Origin: an uncultured Candidatus Saccharibacteria bacterium
GTDB taxonomy: Bacteria; Patescibacteriota; Minisyncoccia; UBA6257; WO2-44-18
Reading direction: 5' to 3'
NCBI GenBank assembly: GCA_964348885.1
Contig: CAYGEK010000001.1
Coordinates: 10,255 to 74,254 of the forward strand
Length of the DNA: 64,000 bases
Below, piece by piece: positions 8,005 to 16,541 of this stretch; the first letter of the stretch is position 1, and each line of letters opens with the position of its first letter. Under the pieces are notes generated by a model. The model was not told where the DNA came from. It ran no database searches and worked only from the letters and a program-made list of their open reading frames with translations. A program made the translations under genes and the position numbers.

Positions 8005-8027
8005 TTTACACATGGTAGGATGTATTC

Positions 8028-8420
8028 ATGACCGATTCGAAAGATCAGTACTGGCAAAAAGAGATGGACCCCGAACTGAAACGGGTGGCGAAAGATAAAG
8101 GCACCGAAGCGCCGTACACCGGAAAATATCTAAAAGAGCACGCCGATGGAACTTATCGCTGCGCCGTCTGCGGCAATCCTATCTTTGACGCCAAAGCCAA
8201 ATTTGAATCCGGCACGGGCTGGCCCAGCTTCTATGAGCCGGTCTCTAAAGACGCGGTCACCTATCACGAAGACAGAGAAATGGGCATGAGCCGCGTGGAA
8301 GTGAAATGCGGCAAATGCGACGCTCACCTCGGCCACGTCTTTGATGACGCCGTGGATCAGCCGACCGGAAAAAGATACTGTATCAACTCCGTCTGCCTGG
8401 ATCTGGAGAAGAAAAAATAA
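8028..8420 (+). CDS. msrB: Peptide methionine sulfoxide reductase MsrB
   Basis: 130 aa; two CxxC pairs (CAVCGNPIF; CGKCDAHLGHVF) and a GWPSF motif. Followed by terminator hairpin 8418..8442. Confidence 0.92.
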   Translation: MTDSKDQYWQKEMDPELKRVAKDKGTEAPYTGKYLKEHADGTYRCAVCGNPIFDAKAKFESGTGWPSFYEPVSKDAVTYHEDREMGMSRVEVKCGKCDAHLGHVFDDAVDQPTGKRYCINSVCLDLEKKK

Positions 8421-8440
8421 ATCCCCTTTACTGGGGATTT

Positions 8441-8968
8441 TTACTTGTCTTCTTGTTCATCCTTCTTGTCTTCAGTGCCGGGCTCCAATCCGTCGCCGGA
8501 AGATTCGGGGAAAAATGTACGGATATGCTGCACGCCCTTCTTGGCAAACTCCTCATCATTTTTTGTGAAATAGAAAGGAACATTACCGGGATTCAGCCAG
8601 TCAATTACGCCCGGAACCGATCGCCTATGCATAGCGATAATGTCGTAATGCCGATCGGGCTTAGCGGTTACCAGTAAGGAAAAAACAAACGGATAGTCCA
8701 GCGGCAGGATTTTATTCAAGTAGGAAACGGCGATCATCTGGACGCGGCAGGACAAGGTATTGTCCATATCGCGCATCTTCCGGCCGAGCTTCCTTTCTAC
8801 AATAAATTTCGCGAGCAGGACGACAATAATATTTCCGGCAACTTCGCCGAATTTCTTAATACCGGCCCGCCGCAGATCATCCAGCTGAACACTGAGGAGA
8901 GCGACGGCCTCCGGCAGGAGGCGGGCCTCGAAATAATCAGAGTGGGCAATCCGCTCAAACTTATGCAT
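8441..8968 (-). CDS. Hypothetical protein, paralog A (acidic C-terminal tail)
   Basis: 175 aa starting MH.... Shares a core Y-L-x8-D-x-P-[FY]-[VI]-x-S-L-[LV]...HRR/RRN...GV with the adjacent gene. No recognised domain. Confidence 0.55.
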   Translation of the reverse strand: MHKFERIAHSDYFEARLLPEAVALLSVQLDDLRRAGIKKFGEVAGNIIVVLLAKFIVERKLGRKMRDMDNTLSCRVQMIAVSYLNKILPLDYPFVFSLLVTAKPDRHYDIIAMHRRSVPGVIDWLNPGNVPFYFTKNDEEFAKKGVQHIRTFFPESSGDGLEPGTEDKKDEQEDK

Positions 8969-9043
8969 CCGACACCTCTTGATATGTTCTGGATTCAGTA
9001 TAACAAAAAACCGGCCCGATACATCGGGCCGGCAGTTAATCAG

Positions 9044-9511
9044 CTAATTCTCGTCGTCCTCGTCGTTGATAATGGTAATCTCGAACTTCCCGTTGACCAC
9101 CTCGTCAACATTGTTGACGACGATCAGAGGGATAATGTTCCGGGAAATCAGTTCGTGAAACACCCCGCCGTGGTTGCGGCGAACGAGCGGGAAATACTTC
9201 CACTCCTGCTCATTCTCCACCCAGACCAGCGACACGATGTACGGGTGGTCTTCATCCAGAATCCCATTCACGAAGGCGACCAGATAACCCCGGATACTCA
9301 TCACCACTTCGTCACTCAGCTGATCCAGAGTCACACCGAGAACATTGGCCACTTCGCTGAACAGCTGGTCCAGAGCGGCCGTCATGAACTCGGCGAACTC
9401 GTCCACATCGCCCTCCGCGAGCGCCGGGACCTTCTCCCGGATGTCCCGTCGGTACAATGGGGCAACCCGCTCCTTGATGACCTCCAGGACCGCATGCGCG
9501 TTGGCGTGCAT
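9044..9511 (-). CDS. Hypothetical protein, paralog B (acidic C-terminal tail; GC3 elevated at about 75%)
   Basis: 155 aa starting MH.... Similar to 8441..8968 in its second half (YLVAFVNGILDEDHPYIVSLVWV...RRNHGGVFHELIS versus YLNKILPLDYPFVFSLLVT...HRRSVPGVIDWLN). Terminator hairpin ccggcccgat-aca-tcgggccgg lies 3' at 9011..9035. Confidence 0.55.
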   Translation of the reverse strand: MHANAHAVLEVIKERVAPLYRRDIREKVPALAEGDVDEFAEFMTAALDQLFSEVANVLGVTLDQLSDEVVMSIRGYLVAFVNGILDEDHPYIVSLVWVENEQEWKYFPLVRRNHGGVFHELISRNIIPLIVVNNVDEVVNGKFEITIINDEDDEN

Positions 9512-9627
9512 AAATCCTCCTTACAACAAAGCTCCAAACTATTATTAAAAATATCTAGAGAGTATTCTACCATAAATACCAATAAAAAACAAGTCGGCGG
9601 GCAGAAAAAATATGATAGAATGGACAA

Positions 9628-10479
9628 ATGGTAAAACCTTTAATCGGAGCTCACGTTTCCGCCGCCGGCGGACTTTTCCCGGCAATCGCTCACGGCGAGG
9701 CGCTGGGAGTGGAAGCGATCCAGATCTTCGGCTCTTCCCCACAACAGTGGTTCACCAAAATGCCTACAGTGAAAGACGCGGAGGAGTTCAAAAAACTTCA
9801 AAAGAAAAGCGCTATCAAGGCGGTCTATTTGCACGCGCCTTACTTGGTGAATCTCGCTTCCGACAATCCGGAGCAGTGGGACAAGTCGGTAAAATGCCTT
9901 TCCGAGCATTTAAAAATTGCGGAAATGATTGACGCCAACGGGCTGGTCTTTCACACGGGCTCTAAAGGAACGGCCGAGCACGAAGGAGCATTGCAGCGGG
10001 TAGCGAAAGGAATGAAGAAGGTGCTTTCAGAGGTCAGCGGAAGCGCCAAATTAATTCTGGAAAATAGCGCGGGCGGCGGAAATAAAATCGGCAACATCCC
10101 AGAAGATATCGGCAAAATTCTGAAATTAGTAAAATCACCGCGAGCGGCCGTTTGCCTGGACACGGCGCACGCTTTTGAAGCCGGGCAGATTGAAGCCTAT
10201 ACCGGTCCGAAAATTAAGGAGTTCTTTGACCGGTGGGATAAAGCCATCGGACTGGAAAATATCGTCGCCTTGCACGCCAACGATTCCAAAACTAAATTTG
10301 ATTCCCACCACGATCGCCACGAGAATATCGGCCAGGGATTTATCGGCCTCGCCGGATTTAAAGCGCTAGCGAAAGAGAAACGTATTGCGCATACCGCCTG
10401 GTTGTTGGAAGTGCCCGGTTATGAAAATGAGGGACCGGACAAAAAGAACGTGGACACGCTAAAAAGTTGCTTTAAATAG
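9628..10479 (+). CDS. nfo: Endonuclease IV (AP endonuclease, Nfo)
   Basis: 283 aa; xylose-isomerase-like TIM barrel with Nfo His/Asp/Glu metal ligands (HAPYLVNLAS, HTGS, LENSAGGG, CLDTAHAF, HANDSK). Terminator 10481..10506. Confidence 0.9.
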   Translation: MVKPLIGAHVSAAGGLFPAIAHGEALGVEAIQIFGSSPQQWFTKMPTVKDAEEFKKLQKKSAIKAVYLHAPYLVNLASDNPEQWDKSVKCLSEHLKIAEMIDANGLVFHTGSKGTAEHEGALQRVAKGMKKVLSEVSGSAKLILENSAGGGNKIGNIPEDIGKILKLVKSPRAAVCLDTAHAFEAGQIEAYTGPKIKEFFDRWDKAIGLENIVALHANDSKTKFDSHHDRHENIGQGFIGLAGFKALAKEKRIAHTAWLLEVPGYENEGPDKKNVDTLKSCFK

Positions 10480-10508
10480 TAAAAACCCGCCGAAAGGCGG
10501 GTTTTGCA

Positions 10509-10715
10509 TTACCTGAAATCGTCTTCCACTTCCGGCGGTGCAGGTTCCTGATTCTCCGCAACACAAGACTCTTCATGAGTCTTGATATAACCGTTCCGGA
10601 TTCTCTGCTTACATTTCTTACACGGCTGACAGCAAGCAATCATATGATGCAGGAGCGGTGGGTCGTGATGACAGCCACAATCACAGAATTCTTGATCGCA
10701 ATCGCCGGGCAGCAT
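10509..10715 (-). CDS. Small Cys/His-rich protein (CDCGCHHD motif), hypothetical metal-binding
   Basis: 68 aa; AGGAG RBS 7 nt upstream; shares the bidirectional terminator with nfo. Ten Cys in 68 aa. Confidence 0.45.
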   Translation of the reverse strand: MLPGDCDQEFCDCGCHHDPPLLHHMIACCQPCKKCKQRIRNGYIKTHEESCVAENQEPAPPEVEDDFR

Positions 10716-10759
10716 TACATGCTCCTTTCCTGAACTGCGCTCATGGTATCATAGAAATA

Positions 10760-11458
10760 ATGCTAACTAAAGCCAAGAAAAAAGTTGCCATTTTTGATAT
10801 TGACGGCACGATTTTCCGCTCCAGTTTACTGATTGAGGTGATGGACGGACTTATTGAAGACGGCATTTTCCCGAAAACTACCAGAAAAGAATACGCCAAA
10901 GAACTCAACGACTGGGTCACCAGAAAAGACGGGTACGAAAAATACATAATGGCGGTCGTCAGATCTTTTATGAAGCATATAAAAGGCGTTAAATACTCGG
11001 ACTTCCTCCAGGTCGTGAACGAAGTGCTGGACGCACAGCGCAACAAAGTCTATCGCTACACACGCGACCTGATTCGCTATCTGAAAAGGCACGGCTACTA
11101 CCTGCTGGCCATCTCGCAATCCCCTATGGAGCTGGTGCAGGGCTTCGGCAAGAAAATGGGATTTGATAAAATGTACGGCCGGATTTACGAAGTCGGCGCG
11201 AATAAGCGCTTTACGGGCAAGATTCTACATTTGGATTTAATCGCGGACAAAAGCAACGTCATCAAGCGCGCGGTGGAAAAAGAAAATCTGACCCTGAAGG
11301 GCTCGTACGGCGTCGGCGACACCGAAGGCGATATCAATCTGCTGAAAATGGTGGAGCGGCCGATCTGTTTTAATCCGAATGAGAATTTGTACAAGCACGC
11401 CAAGAATCGGAAATGGAAAATAGTCGTCGAGAGGAAGGATATGATTTATACTCTATAA
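10760..11458 (+). CDS. HAD-superfamily hydrolase (HAD-IB / phosphoserine-phosphatase-like)
   Basis: Motif I FDIDGTIF, motif III K and motif IV GDTEGD. Start moved to MLTKAKKK (ATG 10760). Confidence 0.8.
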   Translation: MLTKAKKKVAIFDIDGTIFRSSLLIEVMDGLIEDGIFPKTTRKEYAKELNDWVTRKDGYEKYIMAVVRSFMKHIKGVKYSDFLQVVNEVLDAQRNKVYRYTRDLIRYLKRHGYYLLAISQSPMELVQGFGKKMGFDKMYGRIYEVGANKRFTGKILHLDLIADKSNVIKRAVEKENLTLKGSYGVGDTEGDINLLKMVERPICFNPNENLYKHAKNRKWKIVVERKDMIYTL

Positions 11459-11461
11459 CCA

Positions 11462-12160
11462 ATGTCCAAACTACTGGAAAAGCACGTTCGAATCGGCCGC
11501 TACCTGAAAGATGTCGTGTTCGCAGCCAATGACGGAATTATTACCACTTTCGCGGTGGTCGCCGGATCGGTCGGCGCCGATCTTTCTGTCAGCGTTCTTT
11601 TGATTATCGGACTGGCCAGCATGATCGCCGACGGTTTTTCTATGGCCACCGGTAACTATCTCGGCACCAAGTCGGAGCAGGATTTTTATAGAAAGGAGGA
11701 GAAACGGGAATGGGCGGAGGTAGAAAAATTCCCCGAAGAAGAATTGAATGAAATCAGAGCGATTCTTGCTAATAAAGGCTACCAGGGCGAGGACCTGGAG
11801 CAGATGGTTAAGCTGGTATCCAAAAATAAGCAGTACTGGGTGAGCTTTATGATGCACGAAGAGCTTTCGCTCTTATCGCCTGATAATCAATCCCCTGTTC
11901 GACACGGCGCCGCGACCTTCTTTTCCTTCATCATCGCCGGCGCTTTACCATTGCTTCCTTATATATTATTCCCCAACGGATCGTCCTTCCTGGTAGCCGC
12001 GATCGCCTCCGGCGCTGCCCTGTTCACCGTCGGCGCCGCACGCAAATATTTCTCCGACCGCTCCTGGCTGATCTCCGGAATGGAGATGCTTGTGGTCGGC
12101 GGATCCGCCGCCATCATCGCCTACGGCATCGGCTTTGTACTGAAGTCTTTTCTGCAGTAA
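11462..12160 (+). CDS. VIT1/CCC1-family Fe/Mn transporter
   Basis: 232 aa; N-terminal AANDGIITTFAVVAGSVGA; central acidic cytoplasmic metal-binding loop; C-terminal TM helices. Confidence 0.85.
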   Translation: MSKLLEKHVRIGRYLKDVVFAANDGIITTFAVVAGSVGADLSVSVLLIIGLASMIADGFSMATGNYLGTKSEQDFYRKEEKREWAEVEKFPEEELNEIRAILANKGYQGEDLEQMVKLVSKNKQYWVSFMMHEELSLLSPDNQSPVRHGAATFFSFIIAGALPLLPYILFPNGSSFLVAAIASGAALFTVGAARKYFSDRSWLISGMEMLVVGGSAAIIAYGIGFVLKSFLQ

Positions 12161-12170
12161 TATAAATAGT

Positions 12171-12632
12171 ATGAAGAGATGGTATATTCTTTTGCCGGCG
12201 ATTGCCCTAGTCGCGATTTTCAGCTTTATTTTTGTTAACCGCGACGCCTCCGCTCCGGCCACTGACCTCCCGCCGGCCAACAGCGACAATAGCGGAGCCT
12301 TGCCGAATCCGGGCGACGTTGTGCAGTTAGACTTTCCTAAGCCGGGCTCAATAGTGAAAAGCCCGCTGACAATCACGGGACAGGCCAAGGGATTCTGGTT
12401 TTTTGAAGCCTCATTTCCTGTAAAAATCGTGGATGCCAACGGCAATCTGCTCGGCCAACACTATGCGCAAGCCACCGAAGAATGGATGACCGTGGAGTTC
12501 GTGCCGTTTACCTCCAGCCTGACTTTCAAAAATTCACCTACCGATTCCGGATTCCTAATTCTGCAACGCGATAATCCGTCCGGCCTTCCTCAGTATGATC
12601 AGGAGATCCGCTACCCGGTGAAATTCAAATAA
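12171..12632 (+). CDS. Secreted Gmad2-like immunoglobulin-fold protein (hypothetical)
   Basis: N-terminal signal/anchor; LTITGQAKGFWFFEASFPVKIVDANGNLL pattern typical of Gmad2/GerM-associated domains. Confidence 0.5.
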   Translation: MKRWYILLPAIALVAIFSFIFVNRDASAPATDLPPANSDNSGALPNPGDVVQLDFPKPGSIVKSPLTITGQAKGFWFFEASFPVKIVDANGNLLGQHYAQATEEWMTVEFVPFTSSLTFKNSPTDSGFLILQRDNPSGLPQYDQEIRYPVKFK

Positions 12633-12633
12633 G

Positions 12634-13080
12634 ATGTTCAACAGAATTGATCTTGCGATAATCGACTATGCCAAACGGATTTTCCCGATTCTTTCCCGAT
12701 TCGCGATTTTCCTCGTATATTTCTGGTTCGGCATATTGAAAGTCCTCGGCCACAGCCCGGCCGGACCGCTGGTAACTGAATTAATGCGCAAAACCCTCCC
12801 GTCCTTTATCACTCCGGAATTTTTCCTGACCGGGTTTGGCTATTTTGAAATGCTTATTGGTTTGGTTTTTCTAATCCCGGGATTTGAACGCTTGGCGATT
12901 GCCCTCCTCTTGCCGCACATGGTCACGACCGCCCTGCCCCTGATCTTATTGCCGGCCGCCACCTGGTCCGCATTTCTTGTTCCAACCCTTGAAGGCCAGT
13001 ACATCATTAAAAATATGGTGATCATCGCGCTCGCTTCCGGTATCGGCAGTCAACTCCGGCCTTGGCGGGAAAAAAGCTGA
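12634..13080 (+). CDS. Integral membrane protein (YkgB/DoxX-like)
   Basis: 148 aa with four predicted TM helices. Confidence 0.5.
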   Translation: MFNRIDLAIIDYAKRIFPILSRFAIFLVYFWFGILKVLGHSPAGPLVTELMRKTLPSFITPEFFLTGFGYFEMLIGLVFLIPGFERLAIALLLPHMVTTALPLILLPAATWSAFLVPTLEGQYIIKNMVIIALASGIGSQLRPWREKS

Positions 13081-13098
13081 TTTTGCTATAATTAATCT

Positions 13099-13572
13099 AT
13101 GCCCGAAAAAACATCACCTAAAGACGTCTTTCTGCACCTGCTGGCGATTGTTACTCTTTACACCTGCGCGGTCAGCTTCCTGGTCCTGACTTTCCAGTAC
13201 ATAAATATCTTATTCCCCGACGCGCTGGATAACGGCTACTATGCTTTTTCAGGAGCCCGCACGGCAATCCGTTGGTCAATCGCCTCTCTCGTCGTAGTCT
13301 TCCCGGTCTACGTCCTCACCTCAATGCATCTTAGTAAGGCCTACAGGCGGTCCGCTCCTCAGCGCAACCTCCGCATCCGCAAATGGCTCGTCTATTTCAC
13401 CCTGTTCGCGGCGGCGCTGATTATCATCGGCGACCTGGTCACCCTGATTAATACCTTCCTAAGCGGTGAACTGACCCCGCGATTTATCTTGAAAGTGCTT
13501 TCAGTATTCTTCGTGGCCGGCAGTACTTTCTTTTACTACCTTTCCGATCTTCGTAAAAATAAAACGGACTAG
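13099..13572 (+). CDS. DUF5671-like membrane protein
   Basis: 157 aa; four TM helices; family common in candidate-phyla genomes (family assignment from memory). Confidence 0.45.
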   Translation: MPEKTSPKDVFLHLLAIVTLYTCAVSFLVLTFQYINILFPDALDNGYYAFSGARTAIRWSIASLVVVFPVYVLTSMHLSKAYRRSAPQRNLRIRKWLVYFTLFAAALIIIGDLVTLINTFLSGELTPRFILKVLSVFFVAGSTFFYYLSDLRKNKTD

Positions 13573-13588
13573 CTATTCATAAGAACAA

Positions 13589-14056
13589 ATGAAATTTTTC
13601 GTTTCCAGCGTGATTCTGATAGTAACCGCGGCGGTAGTCGCCGGCTTTTGGATCGTCGGCTCGCCGCAAGAAGAGCGCCTGCGCCGTTTTGACGAACAGC
13701 GCGTCAGCAGTCTTCAATACATCCAATCCGAAGTGCTCAACTACTGGATTAATAAGAGCGCGCTTCCCAAGGCGTTATCCGATCTCCGCGACGACCTCCG
13801 CGGCATCGTGATTCCGACCGATCCGGAAACGGGCACCGACTATACCTATGTGGTTAAAGGGCCGCTGACCTTCTCGATTTGCGCCAGCTTCTCCCGTCCG
13901 AATACCTTTAGTGACCCGAAAACCGGCCGCTCAATTCCGGCGATGGCTCCGTATTACGATGGTCTCTCCCAAAACTGGCAGCACGACTCCGGCTACACCT
14001 GCTTTGAGCGGACAATAGATAAAGACTTCTACTCCAAGTCCACAATGCCGCGCTAG
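13589..14056 (+). CDS. N-terminally anchored hypothetical protein
   Basis: 155 aa; single N-terminal TM then a soluble domain. Confidence 0.5.
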   Translation: MKFFVSSVILIVTAAVVAGFWIVGSPQEERLRRFDEQRVSSLQYIQSEVLNYWINKSALPKALSDLRDDLRGIVIPTDPETGTDYTYVVKGPLTFSICASFSRPNTFSDPKTGRSIPAMAPYYDGLSQNWQHDSGYTCFERTIDKDFYSKSTMPR

Positions 14057-14220
14057 TAAGCTAGCGGCATAAGGACATAAGTAAAATTCGGCGGAGCCGA
14101 CACCTTCCGGAGCAAAAACGCCCTGATTCCCGGCCTTTGACCGGGACGTTTTTATAAGCCTGTTAAACAGCCTTAGTATTTGATATAATCACTTCCAAGC
14201 TCTTTGAATAGAGGTTGATT

Positions 14221-15000
14221 ATGTGGCTGGTAGCCTTTTTCGTGATTGCATTTATTTGTTTTCAAATAAATGTGCACTTCACTTCAATTTACTTGCACCG
14301 AGCGATGTCGCACCGGAGTATTATATTCCGGCGCGCCTTCCCCGGTCTGATTATGCGCTGCTGGCTCTGGCTTATGGCCGGTCAAGCGATGCGCTCTTGG
14401 GTAGCGGTGCACCGGAAGCACCACCAGTTTGCCGATGTTGAAGGCGATCCCCATAGCCCCTATCTTGTAGGATTGTGGCGGCTTTTTTGGAGCCACGAAT
14501 TCATCTACGCTAAAGCGGCTTCGGATCCTGAATTGCTTAAGCAGTACACACGCGGCATACCGCCGCACAAACTGGACTCCGTGCTTGAGCGCGGCCTGTG
14601 GGGACTGATTTCCGGCTTCGCGCTCTTCGGCCTCGGCTTCTGGCTCTGGCTGGGAGGCTGGCAAGGCGCGCTGACCGGCTTGTTCTGTTATCTCCTTCAG
14701 TTCCTGCTGTATCTGAAGGCGGGAGCAACGGTGAACGCGATTTGTCATATGTTCGGCTATCGGACCTTCGATGATAATCGGGCGACGAATGTCTGGTGGG
14801 CGGCCTGGCTGGTTGCCGGCGAAGGCTGGCACAACAACCACCACCATGATCTGTCCTCGCCGAAACTTAGCTATAAGCCCAGTGAGTTTGACCCTGCCTG
14901 GATCTTCATCAAGATATTGGTACTGCTCCGACTGGCCACCGTCCTCAAGACGATTAATGAAAAAGAAAGCTCGGAAAGAATAACTGAAAATCCTCACTAA
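14221..15000 (+). CDS. Membrane fatty-acid (acyl-CoA/acyl-lipid) desaturase
   Basis: Three His boxes (HRAMSH, HRKHHQF, HNNHHH). Start at the first ATG, which has a GAGG RBS. Confidence 0.85.
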   Translation: MWLVAFFVIAFICFQINVHFTSIYLHRAMSHRSIIFRRAFPGLIMRCWLWLMAGQAMRSWVAVHRKHHQFADVEGDPHSPYLVGLWRLFWSHEFIYAKAASDPELLKQYTRGIPPHKLDSVLERGLWGLISGFALFGLGFWLWLGGWQGALTGLFCYLLQFLLYLKAGATVNAICHMFGYRTFDDNRATNVWWAAWLVAGEGWHNNHHHDLSSPKLSYKPSEFDPAWIFIKILVLLRLATVLKTINEKESSERITENPH

Positions 15001-15025
15001 TGTGAGGTTTTTTTATAATGAATTC

Positions 15026-15806
15026 TTATGAAGTTCTGCGGAAGAAGAAAGACAAGAGAAAGATTCCGGCGCTGGTTAAAACTACCATCGGACCCGGCGG
15101 CAGATTGGCATACGAAGCAAACACGATGCCGCCGACGGCACTGATAATTCCGAAAATGACGCTGATTACGCCGTAAGTCCGGAAGCTAGTTGAAAGATTT
15201 TTTGCGGAAATAGCGGGAATGACTACGAGAGCGCCCATCAGCAAAGTGCCGACAACCTTCACGCCCAACGCCACCACGATTGCTACGAGCGAAAGGAATA
15301 ACAGATCTACCAGATCCACTTTCACGCCCTGGGCCTTAGCGAAGTCACGAGATAGAATACCCAGCATCAAAACCCTTCTCATTAGCACCGTTAGAATAAT
15401 GACCGCAGTGGTCAGAGCCGAAGTAAGGATCAGATCAGAAAGCACTACTTTAGAAATATCACCGAATAATGCCTCCAAAAGCTCCGGTTCCGGCGTCACC
15501 AAAAGACCGACCGCCAAAGCCACTGCGAAGATTAGCCCAACAATTGATTCCGTCGGAATAGAAGTAACCCGACCGATCTGCCAAATAATCAGAACACCCA
15601 AAGCCAGAGCCGTAAAAGCTCCGAGGAAAGGATTCAGATGCCAAGTCAGCGCGATACCGATACCGGGAAGAGCCACGTGCGAAAGAGCGTCACCGACAAG
15701 ACCGAGCCTTTTTAAAACCATTAACGAACCTAAATAGGCCGAGGCCGCCCCTACCAGGGCGCCGACCAGCAAGCTATAGAATAAAGGGTTACTCATGATG
15801 GTCATG
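15026..15806 (-). CDS. Metal (Zn/Mn) ABC transporter permease, ABC-3 family
   Basis: About 260 aa, 8 to 9 TM helices, ZnuB/MntB-like. Overlaps the upstream ATPase gene end. Confidence 0.85.
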
Positions 15807-16505
15807 GATATATACACTGACATTTTCTCCGTAAAGCTTTCCAAGATTGGCGGCTTCCAATGCTCCTTTCGGAGGACCAAAGTAAACCATCTTCTTATTC
15901 AAACACAGCACGCTCTTCGCGTACCGGGAAATCATGTTCAGGTCGTGCGTAATCATAATCACCGTCAGGTCGTGCTCGCTATGTAATTTACCGAGCAAGG
16001 AATAAATCGTCTCCTCGCCGCCGATATCCACGCCGGCGGTCGGTTCGTCAAATAAAAGAATATCCGGGTGATTGATTAGCGCATACGCAATCAGAACTTT
16101 TTGTAATTCTCCGCCGGACAACTGACCGAGTCGCACATTCAAAAGATGTCCTTGTAGATGGTGCTGATCATGATTTTGTAATAAGCCGACCGAACCCAAC
16201 GCTTCATACACCTCTTCATCAACCGCATTTTTCAATCTTAAGAACTCCAATACGGTCAGCGGCAGGTCTTTCTCAACGGAAAGCTTCTGCGGCACGTAGC
16301 CTATCTTGGCATGAGCCGGCCAATGCACCTCTCCCTCCCGGTTTAATAGCCCTAAAATAGCCCGGAAAAGGACAGTTTTACCCGCGCCATTAGGTCCGAT
16401 GACCGCCACAAAATCACCCTTTTTAATATCAAAGGACACGCCTTCCAACGCGGCGTATCCGCCAAAACGGACGCTTAAATTTTTCACGGTTAACATATTG
16501 GACAT
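15789..16505 (-). CDS. Metal ABC transporter ATP-binding protein (ZnuC-like)
   Basis: Walker A GPNGAGKT, signature LSGGELQ, Walker B ILLFDEP. No adjacent substrate-binding protein gene. Confidence 0.9.
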   Translation of the reverse strand: MSNMLTVKNLSVRFGGYAALEGVSFDIKKGDFVAVIGPNGAGKTVLFRAILGLLNREGEVHWPAHAKIGYVPQKLSVEKDLPLTVLEFLRLKNAVDEEVYEALGSVGLLQNHDQHHLQGHLLNVRLGQLSGGELQKVLIAYALINHPDILLFDEPTAGVDIGGEETIYSLLGKLHSEHDLTVIMITHDLNMISRYAKSVLCLNKKMVYFGPPKGALEAANLGKLYGENVSVYIHDHHE

Positions 16506-16541
16506 GGTGATGGTGTCTATGAATACAATATATATATTCTA

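Noticed and set aside
7610-8031. Overlapping ORFs 7610..7969 (-), 7648..8031 (+) and 7735..7959 (-) in the GC-rich cassette
   Set aside because: High GC suppresses stop codons in all frames. Only the 7652..7963 plus frame has the expected GC3 maximum (about 95% at third positions), a properly spaced RBS, promoter and terminator.
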